64,000 bases of DNA from Verrucomicrobiia bacterium (lineage in GTDB: Bacteria > Acidobacteriota > Terriglobia > Acidiferrales > UBA7541). The stretch's first letter is position 1, and every line of letters begins with the position of its first letter. Location of the stretch: positions 19,188 to 83,187 of the forward strand of contig DATJXJ010000082.1 in the NCBI GenBank assembly GCA_035500255.1, given 5' to 3'. The position numbers and the translations under genes were made by a program. Under the pieces are notes generated by a model, which was given only the letters and a program-made list of their open reading frames with translations, searched no databases and had not been told where the DNA came from. Positions 52,846 through 61,645 of this stretch are shown here, one piece after another.

Positions 52846-55413
52846 ATGCCCATTGAGACAAACGCAGTTTCCGTCGCCGGCAGCGGTGCTGTTTCCGCGG
52901 CGGCGAGTACAAGGACGTCGATGCCGACAGCGATGCAGCAAGCCGCGGACTCAATGCCAGCCTTCGCGCAGGTGCTGAATCTGTCGTTCGCGAGCGCGGG
53001 CGGTAGCTCGCGTGCGTTGACGCCGGGCGTTACGATCCAGCCGGATCGGAACGGGAACGAAGTTGTCTCGACTCCTCTGATTGGCGGCAATAGAAAGCCC
53101 GCTAGGTCACATCAGGCGGTCGATTCGGTCACACCGGCCGCCGGCAGCGTTCCGAAGGAGAGCACTTCCATCACGGCAGAGCCAACGTTCAACTTCGTCT
53201 TCGTTCCCTCGGATCCGACTGCTACAAAGACTGTGTCTTTCGACGCCGGCACTTCGTGGGTACCGATACTGCAACCGCCAGGGAGCGTCGAGGAGGCAAC
53301 ACAGCCAACGCCGAATGTTGAATCGAGCATCGGCGAGGCGCTGTCGCCCGATTTCTCAGCGGCGGTCGCAATCCCGCGCGCGACCCATGAGACTGCGGCG
53401 AAATCCGGTTCGCCAGCATCGAACGGCGTTGCATCGAGTGTTGCGCAAACGCTTCTGCCGTCAGCGGAGTCGTCATCTCCAGCCGGCGGCGTGCAAATCG
53501 CGGCTGGCACGCCAAGCGCGCCGCCATCTCCCGCGCCTCCGCCGTCTCTGCCTGGTTATGGGGGGGAAATCGAAATACAAGATCCCAACCCGGTGCCGAC
53601 ACCGGTTTGGGCGCCAACTCACGGATTCACGGATACATCGACGCACGGGGCGGATCGCTTTATTTTCGGCCGCGCGTCTTCCGCACCCGGGAATGCAGGC
53701 GACACTGCCATGGCGCAGCCCCCGGCACAATTTCCGGAGCCGTCGCCCTCAGCGAATGCAGCGCCGCAGTACGGCAACCCTGAACAGGCCGATCAAAAGC
53801 AGGCGCCAAGCTCGACGAACTTCAAGTCAACGTTTACACAGGTCGCCAGCCCGACAGCCGCCTCTGCCCTGCAGGGCAGCGTGCCGACATTCTCGATTTC
53901 GCAGCCGTCCGCTTCCGATTTCCAGGAGTCCGCGAAACCGGACGTCCAACAGCCGAACGCGCCCGCGGCGATTGCCGCGCCTGTGGCTGCGGGAACGAAC
54001 AGGTTCACGATCGCAGCGGCAGGTTCTTCGACGGCCAACAATTCCACAGTGCCGTCCGAAACATTTCCATCCGCGTCCACATCTTCTTCGACCGTCAGCG
54101 CTCCAACGGTTCGCCAGCCGATCGGCCCAGTTCCGGCCAAAATGCAGATGTGGATGGCTGATGGCGTCCGCGACGCCGCGGTGCAGCCCCGACCGCTCGT
54201 TGCGTCGCACGGGCAGGGCGACTCGACGAAGACCGCTGCGCAAACGGTCCCGTTCGTCGCCGATCCCCGCGTTTCTTCGGCGACCGGCGAGAACAACTCA
54301 GTCGCCACGCCGCAACTCGCGACGCCGATCCTGGCGCACGAATCGCAAATCGCGGATTCGCAATCGCGTCCGAAGATCACCCCTTCATCGAGTCTTCGGC
54401 CCGCTCCGCAGACGCGAATCCCGGCGCAGCAGGTTCCAAACACAGAAGCCTCCAAGGTGCGAAATTCCACGCCGTGGACCGTGCCGCTTGCAGCGCCGCC
54501 GGTGAACGTCGTCGCGAGCGAGCTGACGCCGGACGATGATGCGGTACTTGGCGCTCCGGCCTCCGCGGAGCACGCTACGGCGCCGGCTTCGCGGCCCGCC
54601 CCCGTTCGTGCGGCTGCCGCACCGGACGTCGCGGCTTCGACGGCCTTAGAAACATCGGACGCAACACAGGAATCGCAAGCTCCCGTGAACTCGCGCGCCT
54701 CGCGCGTGGAGGCTGTCAGTTCCAAGTCCAATAGCGTGCCCAGTTCGGCAGCCATCATCGCAAGCGACGCTCCCGAGGCTTCGCAACAGACTTCGCTAGC
54801 AGCCAGCTCGGCAAAGGTCGAGTTGACATCACAACCGCCGGCAAGCTCCGCCGATGGCCATCCGAGCGCCTCGGGCGATGCTCCCCTGCCGAGCGCAGTC
54901 CGCGTGCGTGATGCCGCGGAGACGATCGAGCTCTCCAAGAGCCTGCAGGCGTGGAATGGCGGCGACAATTCTCAGACGCGCCTGGTTCAGTCGGCAAGTC
55001 TGGGCGGCAATCTTCGTGAATCCGAAATGAATATTGCACTGCATGCCGAAACACTTGGATCCGTCGAACTGCGCACGCGGGTTGTTGGCGACGTCGTTGG
55101 TGCCTCCATCGGCGTCGAAAGGCACGAGGCCCACACGCTGATCGCGAGCGACCTTCCGGCGCTGCATCAGGCTCTGCACGAACGGCAGCTTCGCGTGGGA
55201 GAAGTCTCGGTTTTTCAAGGTCCGTTGACCTCCGGCGGCGCAGCCGGAGACGGCCGTCAATCGCGGCACCAGGAAGGGAATTCGCCGCGGCCTTCATCCT
55301 CAACGTGGACGGCGGAACGAGATTCGTCACCGGCGAGCGCGGCTTCCTTCAACGAAGGCTACGACGCCGGAGCAGTTTTCGACTCGAACGGCAGACTCAG
55401 CGTGCGCGCCTGA
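52846..55413 (+). CDS. fliK: flagellar hook-length control protein FliK (unusually long, ~855 aa)
   Basis: C-terminal Flg_hook-like block 'LHAETLGSVELRTRVVGDVVGASIGVERHEAHTLIASDLPALHQALHERQLRV'. The preceding ~700 aa or so are low-complexity and rich in P/S/A/T/Q. I chose ATG 52846 because it lies downstream of the sigma-54-like promoter. ATG 52729 and ATG 52810 are alternatives. Confidence 0.75.
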   Translation: MPIETNAVSVAGSGAVSAAASTRTSMPTAMQQAADSMPAFAQVLNLSFASAGGSSRALTPGVTIQPDRNGNEVVSTPLIGGNRKPARSHQAVDSVTPAAGSVPKESTSITAEPTFNFVFVPSDPTATKTVSFDAGTSWVPILQPPGSVEEATQPTPNVESSIGEALSPDFSAAVAIPRATHETAAKSGSPASNGVASSVAQTLLPSAESSSPAGGVQIAAGTPSAPPSPAPPPSLPGYGGEIEIQDPNPVPTPVWAPTHGFTDTSTHGADRFIFGRASSAPGNAGDTAMAQPPAQFPEPSPSANAAPQYGNPEQADQKQAPSSTNFKSTFTQVASPTAASALQGSVPTFSISQPSASDFQESAKPDVQQPNAPAAIAAPVAAGTNRFTIAAAGSSTANNSTVPSETFPSASTSSSTVSAPTVRQPIGPVPAKMQMWMADGVRDAAVQPRPLVASHGQGDSTKTAAQTVPFVADPRVSSATGENNSVATPQLATPILAHESQIADSQSRPKITPSSSLRPAPQTRIPAQQVPNTEASKVRNSTPWTVPLAAPPVNVVASELTPDDDAVLGAPASAEHATAPASRPAPVRAAAAPDVAASTALETSDATQESQAPVNSRASRVEAVSSKSNSVPSSAAIIASDAPEASQQTSLAASSAKVELTSQPPASSADGHPSASGDAPLPSAVRVRDAAETIELSKSLQAWNGGDNSQTRLVQSASLGGNLRESEMNIALHAETLGSVELRTRVVGDVVGASIGVERHEAHTLIASDLPALHQALHERQLRVGEVSVFQGPLTSGGAAGDGRQSRHQEGNSPRPSSSTWTAERDSSPASAASFNEGYDAGAVFDSNGRLSVRA

Positions 55414-55438
55414 CGGCCGCCGCGAAAGGAGAAATGGC

Positions 55439-55762
55439 ATGACTTCAACGAACCCACTGCTTGGTGCCGGCGCTTCGGCCGCCAATGCAGCGGCGTCTTC
55501 CAGCTCGCAGCCGGCTGCGTCGTCCAGCTCGGACAACGGTTTGAGCAATCCGAACACGTTCATTACGCTGCTGACCGCGCAACTGCAAGCCCAGGATCCG
55601 CTCGACCCGATGAGCCCTTCCGAAATGGTCGACCAGCTCACGCAGATCAATTCGCTGCAGCAGTTGATGCAGATTCAGTCGGACCTGCAAAGCATTCTGA
55701 GCCTGTCGACAACCGCGTCGCAGGCCGGCGGCTCGCAGGGCACGAACAGTTCAGCTTCGTAG
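55439..55762 (+). CDS. flgD: flagellar hook capping protein FlgD, N-terminal domain only (107 aa)
   Basis: 'FITLLTAQLQAQDPLDPMSPSEMVDQLTQINSLQQ' is the FlgD N-terminal signature. The ORF stops before any Tudor/Ig-like C-terminal domain. Confidence 0.75.
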   Translation: MTSTNPLLGAGASAANAAASSSSQPAASSSSDNGLSNPNTFITLLTAQLQAQDPLDPMSPSEMVDQLTQINSLQQLMQIQSDLQSILSLSTTASQAGGSQGTNSSAS

Positions 55763-55815
55763 GACAAACTTTTCGACGAGCTTCGCGCTCGCGACAAATC
55801 GACAGGAGGAACGAC

Positions 55816-57366
55816 ATGGGATTGTTTTCAGTAGCACTCTCAGGACTCAACGCCAGCTCGGAGGACCTCTCGGTCATTTCGAACAACCTGGCGAACATGA
55901 ATACGGTGGGATTCAAATCCTCGACCGCGAACTTCCAGGACCTGTTCTATCAGCAGATCGGCACCAGCGGAAACAACAACCCCGAGCAGATCGGCGAAGG
56001 CGTGCAAGTCGGCTCCGTCGATTCGCAGTTTACGCAGGGCAGCATTCAGTCCACGGGAGTTCCCACCGATGTCGCCATTCAGGGACAGGGCTTCTTCATG
56101 ATCAACAAGGGTGGCACGAGCGAATACACCCGCGCCGGCAATTTCTCAATCGGGGCGAACGGACAACTCATGACGACGGATGGCGGTGAGGTGATGGGTT
56201 ATGCAGCCGTCAACGGCGTCGTGAATCCAAACTCCACGGTCGCGCCGCTCACGATTCCTGCGGGACTCACGATCCCGCCCAAGGCCTCGACGCAGTTTTC
56301 GGTCGCGATGACGCTGGATTCCGACGCGAGCCTCGCAACCGCCGCCGCCGCGCAGCAAACGGGTACGGGAATCGCACCGGCGACCGTGCTCAAGACAGGC
56401 AGCACGCTCAATTTTAACGACGGCACCAACAACTTCACGTACACATCAGCCGCGGGAGACACGCTGAACTCGCTGGTCACCGCGATCAACGCCAATACCA
56501 ACTTCACTGCCAGCATCGCTGGCAATTCGCTGATTGTTACGGCGAAGAACGGCGGGGCCGTCAACTTCACTGCAAACACGCTCACGGACGCTGCGGCGGG
56601 AACGGAAGCCGAGACGTTCGCGACATCCGGTACCGCAGTTCCAGCCGGTTCCTTCAGCACGCCCGTCACGGTGTACGATTCGCTCGGCGCCACGCACGTG
56701 CTGACGGCGAATTTCACGAAGACCGCCGCCAACACGTGGAACTACACGCTGACGATCCCGGCTTCCGATCTCGGCCAGACGGGTGCTCCCGTCACCGTGA
56801 ACAGCGGCACGCTACTGTTCAACGGCAACGGCCAGCTCGTTTCTCCGGCCAGCAACGTAGCCATCACGATCAACAACCTTGCGGACGGCGCCAGCCCACT
56901 CGGCGTGACCTGGAATCTGCTCAACCCCTCGGGCGGAGCAATGATCTCTCAGGTTTCCGGCCCTTCGGCTGCAACGGCAACCCAGACGGACGGCTATGCG
57001 AGCGGCGCATTGCAGACGATATCCATCGCAGCGGATGGCACGATCAACGGCGTCTTCAGCAACGGTCAAACGCTGGCGGTCGGGCAGATCGCACTTGCTT
57101 CGTTCGCCAACTCACAGGGCCTGATGAAAAACGGCTCGAATACCTACCTGGCCTCGCTGGCTTCGGGGCAGCCGACGATCGGCGCGCCGAACGCCGGTGG
57201 CCTCGGGTCGGTGACGGGTGGCGCGCTCGAGCAATCGAACGTGGACATCGCAACCGAGTTCGCAAACCTCATCATCGCGCAGCGCGGATACCAGGCCAAC
57301 GCTCAGACGGTCACGACGCTTGACCAGGTGTCGCAGTACGCGATCAGCATGATTCAGAACGGATAA
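55816..57366 (+). CDS. flgE: flagellar hook protein FlgE
   Basis: 'ALSGLNASSEDLSVISNNLANMNTVGFK', 'RAGNF', and the C-terminal 'LEQSNVDIATEFANLIIAQRGYQANAQTVTT'. Confidence 0.95.
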   Translation: MGLFSVALSGLNASSEDLSVISNNLANMNTVGFKSSTANFQDLFYQQIGTSGNNNPEQIGEGVQVGSVDSQFTQGSIQSTGVPTDVAIQGQGFFMINKGGTSEYTRAGNFSIGANGQLMTTDGGEVMGYAAVNGVVNPNSTVAPLTIPAGLTIPPKASTQFSVAMTLDSDASLATAAAAQQTGTGIAPATVLKTGSTLNFNDGTNNFTYTSAAGDTLNSLVTAINANTNFTASIAGNSLIVTAKNGGAVNFTANTLTDAAAGTEAETFATSGTAVPAGSFSTPVTVYDSLGATHVLTANFTKTAANTWNYTLTIPASDLGQTGAPVTVNSGTLLFNGNGQLVSPASNVAITINNLADGASPLGVTWNLLNPSGGAMISQVSGPSAATATQTDGYASGALQTISIAADGTINGVFSNGQTLAVGQIALASFANSQGLMKNGSNTYLASLASGQPTIGAPNAGGLGSVTGGALEQSNVDIATEFANLIIAQRGYQANAQTVTTLDQVSQYAISMIQNG

Positions 57367-57397
57367 CGGAGGCTAGTAACGGTCGTTCGTAGCGCGA

Positions 57398-57430
57398 TCC
57401 GCGCCTTGCGCCTCATGCGCAGGGCGCGGA
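57398..57430 (+). terminator. GC-rich hairpin after flgE (possible terminator or stabiliser; no clear U-tract)
   Basis: TCCGCGCC-T-TGCGC-CTCAT-GCGCA-G-GGCGCGGA gives 13 bp with symmetric 1-nt bulges. Confidence 0.35.
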
Positions 57431-57604
57431 CTCGCATCATTCTAAGCGCCCTTTAATGAGAGTCCGTCGATCTGCGCCAGCCGAAAAGTAACGGCCCGCC
57501 GCGGAAATTCGTGATTCGATTTTCATCGCCTTCAACACCTGTGTTTTCTGCATTCTTGGGCGTGTGTACTGAACGCTATGCACACGCTCGTCCCGCCTTT
57601 GGTT

Positions 57605-57620
57605 CGGCTCGCTAATTGCA
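57605..57620 (+). promoter_or_regulatory. sigma-54 promoter candidate upstream of fliL
   Basis: CGGCTCGCTAATTGCA: GG at 57606-07 and GC at 57618-19 (12-nt register), with a perfect -12 TTGCA. It lies only 16 nt from ATG 57636, which would leave a very short leader. Confidence 0.35.
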
Positions 57621-57635
57621 TTCCTCGGTTCCGCC

Positions 57636-58133
57636 ATGGCTGACGAACCTAAGAATGCCGCAACACCAGCAGAGGCGCCCAAGAAATCGAAAGCGCCCAT
57701 TCTGCTGGCGATCATCGCCGTCGTGCTGCTAGGCGGCGGAGGCGCCGCTTTCTACCTGTTGCACCACAGCAAGACTGCCGAAGCCGCGCCGGAGAACAAC
57801 GCAAAACCCGATGCGCCAGAATTCGTTATTCACCTGGATACCTTCACGGTGAATCTCGCCGACCCGGAAGAGGGTCACTTCTTGCGCGTCACGATCGACT
57901 TGGGCTTGGGCCATCCACCGAAGGGCGCGGCGGAGCGCGGCTACGGCGATTTTCCGATGGCACGCGCGCGCGACGCGATTCTCTCTGTGCTGACGGTCGG
58001 CAAAGCAGATGTGCTGCTGACGCTGGATGGCAAGAACCAGCTGAAGCGCGATTTGGTTCAGACGCTGCAGGACAAGGTGCCGGAAGCGGATGTCCGGAAC
58101 ATCTACTTTACGGAGTTCATCGTTCAGCGCTAG
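57636..58133 (+). CDS. fliL: flagellar basal body-associated protein FliL
   Basis: Single TM 'ILLAIIAVVLLGGGGAAFYLL', then 'FVIHLDTFTVNLAD', 'FLRVTIDL' and 'VRNIYFTEFIVQ'. Confidence 0.85.
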   Translation: MADEPKNAATPAEAPKKSKAPILLAIIAVVLLGGGGAAFYLLHHSKTAEAAPENNAKPDAPEFVIHLDTFTVNLADPEEGHFLRVTIDLGLGHPPKGAAERGYGDFPMARARDAILSVLTVGKADVLLTLDGKNQLKRDLVQTLQDKVPEADVRNIYFTEFIVQR

Positions 58134-58135
58134 CC

Positions 58136-58414
58136 ATGGCCACCGTTCTCGCACTTCCGAAAGCGGACGAGCCCGGGATCTCCGAGGCGGCATGGCGTGA
58201 GGCTAGCTGGCTGCCGTGCCGAGTGACGGCAGAGGTCGCCGTAGCCCGCTTCACGATGGGCGACTTGATGAGTCTTGAGGTGAATTCCGTGATTGCGACG
58301 CGCACACCGACATCGGCGGACATTCTCGTAGGCGTCAATGGAGAGCTCGTGGCGCGGGCCGAGATGGACGCTGTTGGCGACCGCATCGCCGTACGGATCG
58401 CCGAGGTCGCATGA
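58136..58414 (+). CDS. fliN: flagellar motor switch protein FliN (SpoA domain only, 92 aa)
   Basis: 'LPCRVTAEVAVARFTMGDLMSLEVNSVIATRTPTSADILVGVNGELVARAEMDAVGDRIAVRI' has the SpoA/FliN C-terminal domain pattern. Confidence 0.8.
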   Translation: MATVLALPKADEPGISEAAWREASWLPCRVTAEVAVARFTMGDLMSLEVNSVIATRTPTSADILVGVNGELVARAEMDAVGDRIAVRIAEVA

Positions 58415-58713
58415 GCGTGGCCCGCCCGTCAGAAGGAGGAACGATGTCGAGCACTCCTGCCGTGGCTTCTGCGGCAAGGTTCGGATCTCTGCTGACCTCG
58501 ATCTGGCCGCGAATCGGCGCCGCGCTTTCGAAAATGGCGGCTGGCAAGCGCCGCGGCCTACGTTTGTGCGAAAGCCTTTCGCTCGGTGAAAAGCGTGTCG
58601 TGGCGATCATTGAGTGTGATCGACAGCGGTTCCTGATTGCGGCTACGCCGCAGAATATCTCTCTGTTGCAATCGCTCGGTCCCGCAAAGCCCGACGATGC
58701 GGAAGAAAAGTAA
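58411..58713 (+). CDS. fliO: flagellar biosynthesis protein FliO (putative)
   Basis: Position between fliN and fliP (ATGA overlap with fliN). 'LRLCESLSLGEKRVVAIIECDRQRFLIAATPQNISLL' resembles the FliO C-terminal pattern. The TM segment is weak. Confidence 0.55.
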   Translation: MSVARPSEGGTMSSTPAVASAARFGSLLTSIWPRIGAALSKMAAGKRRGLRLCESLSLGEKRVVAIIECDRQRFLIAATPQNISLLQSLGPAKPDDAEEK

Positions 58714-58718
58714 ACCGG

Positions 58719-59483
58719 ATGAATCGACTTCTCAAGTTCGCAGCGCGGGCGGCCTGCTTGCTCGCACTCCTGCTCGCGATCGGCGGCGCCGCTCCGGCGC
58801 ATGCTGCTGCGGCTCCTCAAGGTGTGTCGATCCAGATCCCCGGATTCAGCATGCACGGCGATTCGGCCTCCTGGACGATCGTCATACTTCTGACGCTCCT
58901 GACGCTGGTGCCCGCCCTATTGTTGTCGATTACGCCGTTCGTTCGAATCCTCGTCGTGTTTCACTTTCTTCGCCAGGCGCTCGGCACACAGAGCACCCCT
59001 TCGAACCAAACTCTGATTGGACTGTCTCTCTTCCTGACCTACTTCTTGATGCAGCCGGTGGCCGTCGCCGTGAATCAGCAGGCCATCGTGCCGCTGGAAA
59101 ACGGAACGATCAGCGCGTGGGAAGCGCTCGATAAGGGCTCCGTGCCGGTGCGGCAGTACATGCTCCAGTACACGCGCGAAAAGGACCTCGCCCTGTTTGT
59201 CGATATGGCGCACGAGGCGCGCCCAAAGCAGCCCGCCGATCTCTCGATGCGTATCGTGATCCCGGCCTACATCCTTTCCGAGTTGAAGACAGGGTTTCAG
59301 ATCGGCGCCATTTTGTTCTTGCCGTTTCTTGTGATCGACATGGTGACGGCATCCGTGACGACTTCGATCGGAATGATGCAGCTGCCCCCAGTCGTGATTT
59401 CGACTCCTTTGAAAATTCTGCTTTTCGTGGTGGCAGACGGCTGGAATCTCGTCGTCGGCTCCATGCTGAAGAGCTTCCATTAG
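58719..59483 (+). CDS. fliP: flagellar export apparatus protein FliP
   Basis: Signal peptide, then 'PFVRILVVFHFLRQALGTQSTPSNQ', 'FLPFLVIDMVTASVTTSIGMMQLPP' and 'LKILLFVVADGWNL'. Confidence 0.95.
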   Translation: MNRLLKFAARAACLLALLLAIGGAAPAHAAAAPQGVSIQIPGFSMHGDSASWTIVILLTLLTLVPALLLSITPFVRILVVFHFLRQALGTQSTPSNQTLIGLSLFLTYFLMQPVAVAVNQQAIVPLENGTISAWEALDKGSVPVRQYMLQYTREKDLALFVDMAHEARPKQPADLSMRIVIPAYILSELKTGFQIGAILFLPFLVIDMVTASVTTSIGMMQLPPVVISTPLKILLFVVADGWNLVVGSMLKSFH

Positions 59484-59492
59484 GAATTGCGA

Positions 59493-59762
59493 ATGACGCC
59501 CGAACAACTGATCGCCATCACGCGCCACACGCTCGAAGCAGCGCTTTGGGTAGCCGCGCCGATCCTGCTATCGGCCACTCTGATCAGTCTGTTGATCAAC
59601 ATCGGGCAGGTAATGACATCGATTCAGGATCCGACGGTTTCGACCGTGCCGCGGCTCGCGGCCGTCGGCACGATTTTGTTCTTGCTGATGCCCTGGATGC
59701 TCCATTACCTGCTGAGTTTCACGACGAGTTTGCTGGGAGATTTCAGCGTCTTCGCGCGTTGA
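59493..59762 (+). CDS. fliQ: flagellar export apparatus protein FliQ
   Basis: 89 aa with two TM segments. 'LLINIGQVMTSIQDPTVSTVPRL'. Confidence 0.9.
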   Translation: MTPEQLIAITRHTLEAALWVAAPILLSATLISLLINIGQVMTSIQDPTVSTVPRLAAVGTILFLLMPWMLHYLLSFTTSLLGDFSVFAR

Positions 59763-59777
59763 AGGAGCGCACCCAAA

Positions 59778-60545
59778 TTGTCGCCGCTGCTCGAACATTT
59801 TCTGGCGCACGCGCTGCCGATCGGTCTGCGAACCGGCGGCTTGATGACGTTTGCGCCGTTCCTCGGTGACGAAGCGATTCCGGCGCGCGTGAAGGCGGGT
59901 TTCACCCTCGTCCTCACGGCGATGCTCTATAGCGTGTGCCCCGTGCCGGATTTCCAGCTCGACGCGCTTCACTGGACGCGAATCGTGGTTGGTGAGGCAG
60001 GAGTCGGCCTGTTGATGGGGTTATCGGTGCGGCTGGTGCTTGAGGGAATGCAGATTGCCGGGCAGCTGGCTGGCGCGCAGCTGGGTTTTTCTTTGGCCGC
60101 GATCATTGATCCTCAAACGAACATCGAAACGCCGGTGCTCGCGGTGTTTCACCAGATGATCGCGCTCCTGATTTTCCTTCAGCTCGACGTGCACCATTGG
60201 ATGCTGCGCGCGATCGTAAGGAGTTTTGACTACCTTCCCGCGGGCGCGCTCGTTATGACGCGCGCCACGGTCGAGGAGATGGTTCATGCGGCTGGAGGCA
60301 TGTGGCTGATCGGGGTGCAGGTTGCTGCGCCCGTATTGCTCGCCACGATGCTCGTGGACATCGCCGTCGGGTTCTTGAGCAAGGCTTCACCGCAACTTCC
60401 CGCGCTGTTCGTCGGTATGTCGGCGAAGAGCTTGATCGGATATCTGGTCTTGGCTGCGGCCGCCGCTCTGTGGCCGCATTTGCTCGAAGGTCAATTTGCA
60501 CACGCGCTGGGATGGAGCGAGCGAATGCTCCATCTGGCGCAATAG
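59778..60545 (+). CDS. fliR: flagellar export apparatus protein FliR
   Basis: TTG start, 255 aa, polytopic. 'RTGGLMTFAPFLG' and 'GFSLAAIIDPQT'. Confidence 0.9.
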   Translation: MSPLLEHFLAHALPIGLRTGGLMTFAPFLGDEAIPARVKAGFTLVLTAMLYSVCPVPDFQLDALHWTRIVVGEAGVGLLMGLSVRLVLEGMQIAGQLAGAQLGFSLAAIIDPQTNIETPVLAVFHQMIALLIFLQLDVHHWMLRAIVRSFDYLPAGALVMTRATVEEMVHAAGGMWLIGVQVAAPVLLATMLVDIAVGFLSKASPQLPALFVGMSAKSLIGYLVLAAAAALWPHLLEGQFAHALGWSERMLHLAQ

Positions 60546-60557
60546 GCTGAAACGATC

Positions 60558-61634
60558 GTGGCGAGCGAAAACAGGTCGGAACGAGCCACAGCGCGGCGGA
60601 GGGAGAAGGCGCGCGAGAAGGGACAGGTTCCTCGCTCGCGCGATCTGGTCACGGCGCTCACTCTGTTGACCGTCACGCTGATGCTCTCGTGGCAGCCGGA
60701 AGTGTGGATCGGGCGGTGGCACGACTTCTTCGGCCGCCTGCTCACCAGCAGCTACGCCGGGGACATCGGTCTTGGCAGCTCGATATTTTCCTGGACCGCG
60801 CTGACGATCGTTCAGTGGATTGCGCCGATTCTCCTTCTGGCCCTGGGCGTTGCGGTTTTTTCCAGCGCGGCGCAGGGCGGCTTCATCTTCGCGCCAGATG
60901 CCTTCAAGCCAAATTGGAGCCGGTTGAACCCGGCCAGCAACATCGGCCAGATGTTTTCTTTCGCGGGCCTGAGCCGGGCACTACGGTCGCTGATCCCCGG
61001 CAGCGCGATTCTCTTCATCTTGGTCAATGTTTTCCAGCGTGACATCGCAAAGATCGTTCACCTGTCGCGCTTTGGTCCTCGGGCGGTCCTGACGCAAGAA
61101 GGAAGCCTGCTTTTCGAACTCGCCTGGAAGTGCGGCCTGGTAATGCTCGCGTGGTCCGGCGCCGACTATTTCTTCCAGCGCTGGAACTACGAGCGCTCCC
61201 TTCGCATGACCAAGCAGGAGGTGAAGGAGGAGACCAAGGACACGGAAGGAAATCCGCTGATCCGCGGCAGAATGCGACGAATCCGCCGCGCTTTCATGCG
61301 CAAGATTCTGACGAAAGACGTGGCGCGCGCCACCGCCGTCGTCACCAACCCGACGCACTACGCGGTCGCTCTCGAATATCGACCTGAAACGATGTCGGCC
61401 CCCGTGGTCGTGGCCAAAGGCCGCAACCTTCTCGCCGAGCGGATCAAACAGATCGCGCGCTGGCACGAAATTCCGATCATCGAAAACCCGCCGCTCGCCC
61501 AGGCGCTTTTCAAGGCCACGGAAGTCGGCCAGGCCATTCCGCCGAAGCTCTACGTCGCGGTGGCCGAGATTCTTGCGTTCCTCTACCGCACGAAATCGCG
61601 CATGCAGTCCATTCAACCTAGGGCGGGGGCGTAG
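60558..61634 (+). CDS. flhB: flagellar export switch protein FlhB
   Basis: N-terminal 'RREKAREKGQVPRSRDL', four TM segments, and the autocleavage motif 'NPTHYAVAL'. Confidence 0.95.
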   Translation: MASENRSERATARRREKAREKGQVPRSRDLVTALTLLTVTLMLSWQPEVWIGRWHDFFGRLLTSSYAGDIGLGSSIFSWTALTIVQWIAPILLLALGVAVFSSAAQGGFIFAPDAFKPNWSRLNPASNIGQMFSFAGLSRALRSLIPGSAILFILVNVFQRDIAKIVHLSRFGPRAVLTQEGSLLFELAWKCGLVMLAWSGADYFFQRWNYERSLRMTKQEVKEETKDTEGNPLIRGRMRRIRRAFMRKILTKDVARATAVVTNPTHYAVALEYRPETMSAPVVVAKGRNLLAERIKQIARWHEIPIIENPPLAQALFKATEVGQAIPPKLYVAVAEILAFLYRTKSRMQSIQPRAGA

Positions 61635-61645
61635 CGAACACGACC

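Noticed and set aside
53081-54968. Long alternative-frame ORFs (474 aa on the plus strand, 391 aa on the minus strand) inside fliK
   Set aside because: They are produced by the low-complexity Pro/Ser/Ala-coding DNA. Their translations are Arg/Pro/Ser strings, and only the fliK frame ends in a recognisable Flg_hook-type domain.
57437-57600. Sigma-28 (TAAA-N15-GCCGATAA) promoter in the flgE-fliL spacer
   Set aside because: Only a weak CCGAAAA element is present, and the nearest TAA-type -35 is about 23 nt away (wrong spacing). No convincing match was found elsewhere in the cluster either.
58942-58951. tRNA T-arm-like GTTCGAATCC
   Set aside because: It lies inside the fliP coding frame and has no flanking acceptor, D or anticodon stems, so it is coincidental.
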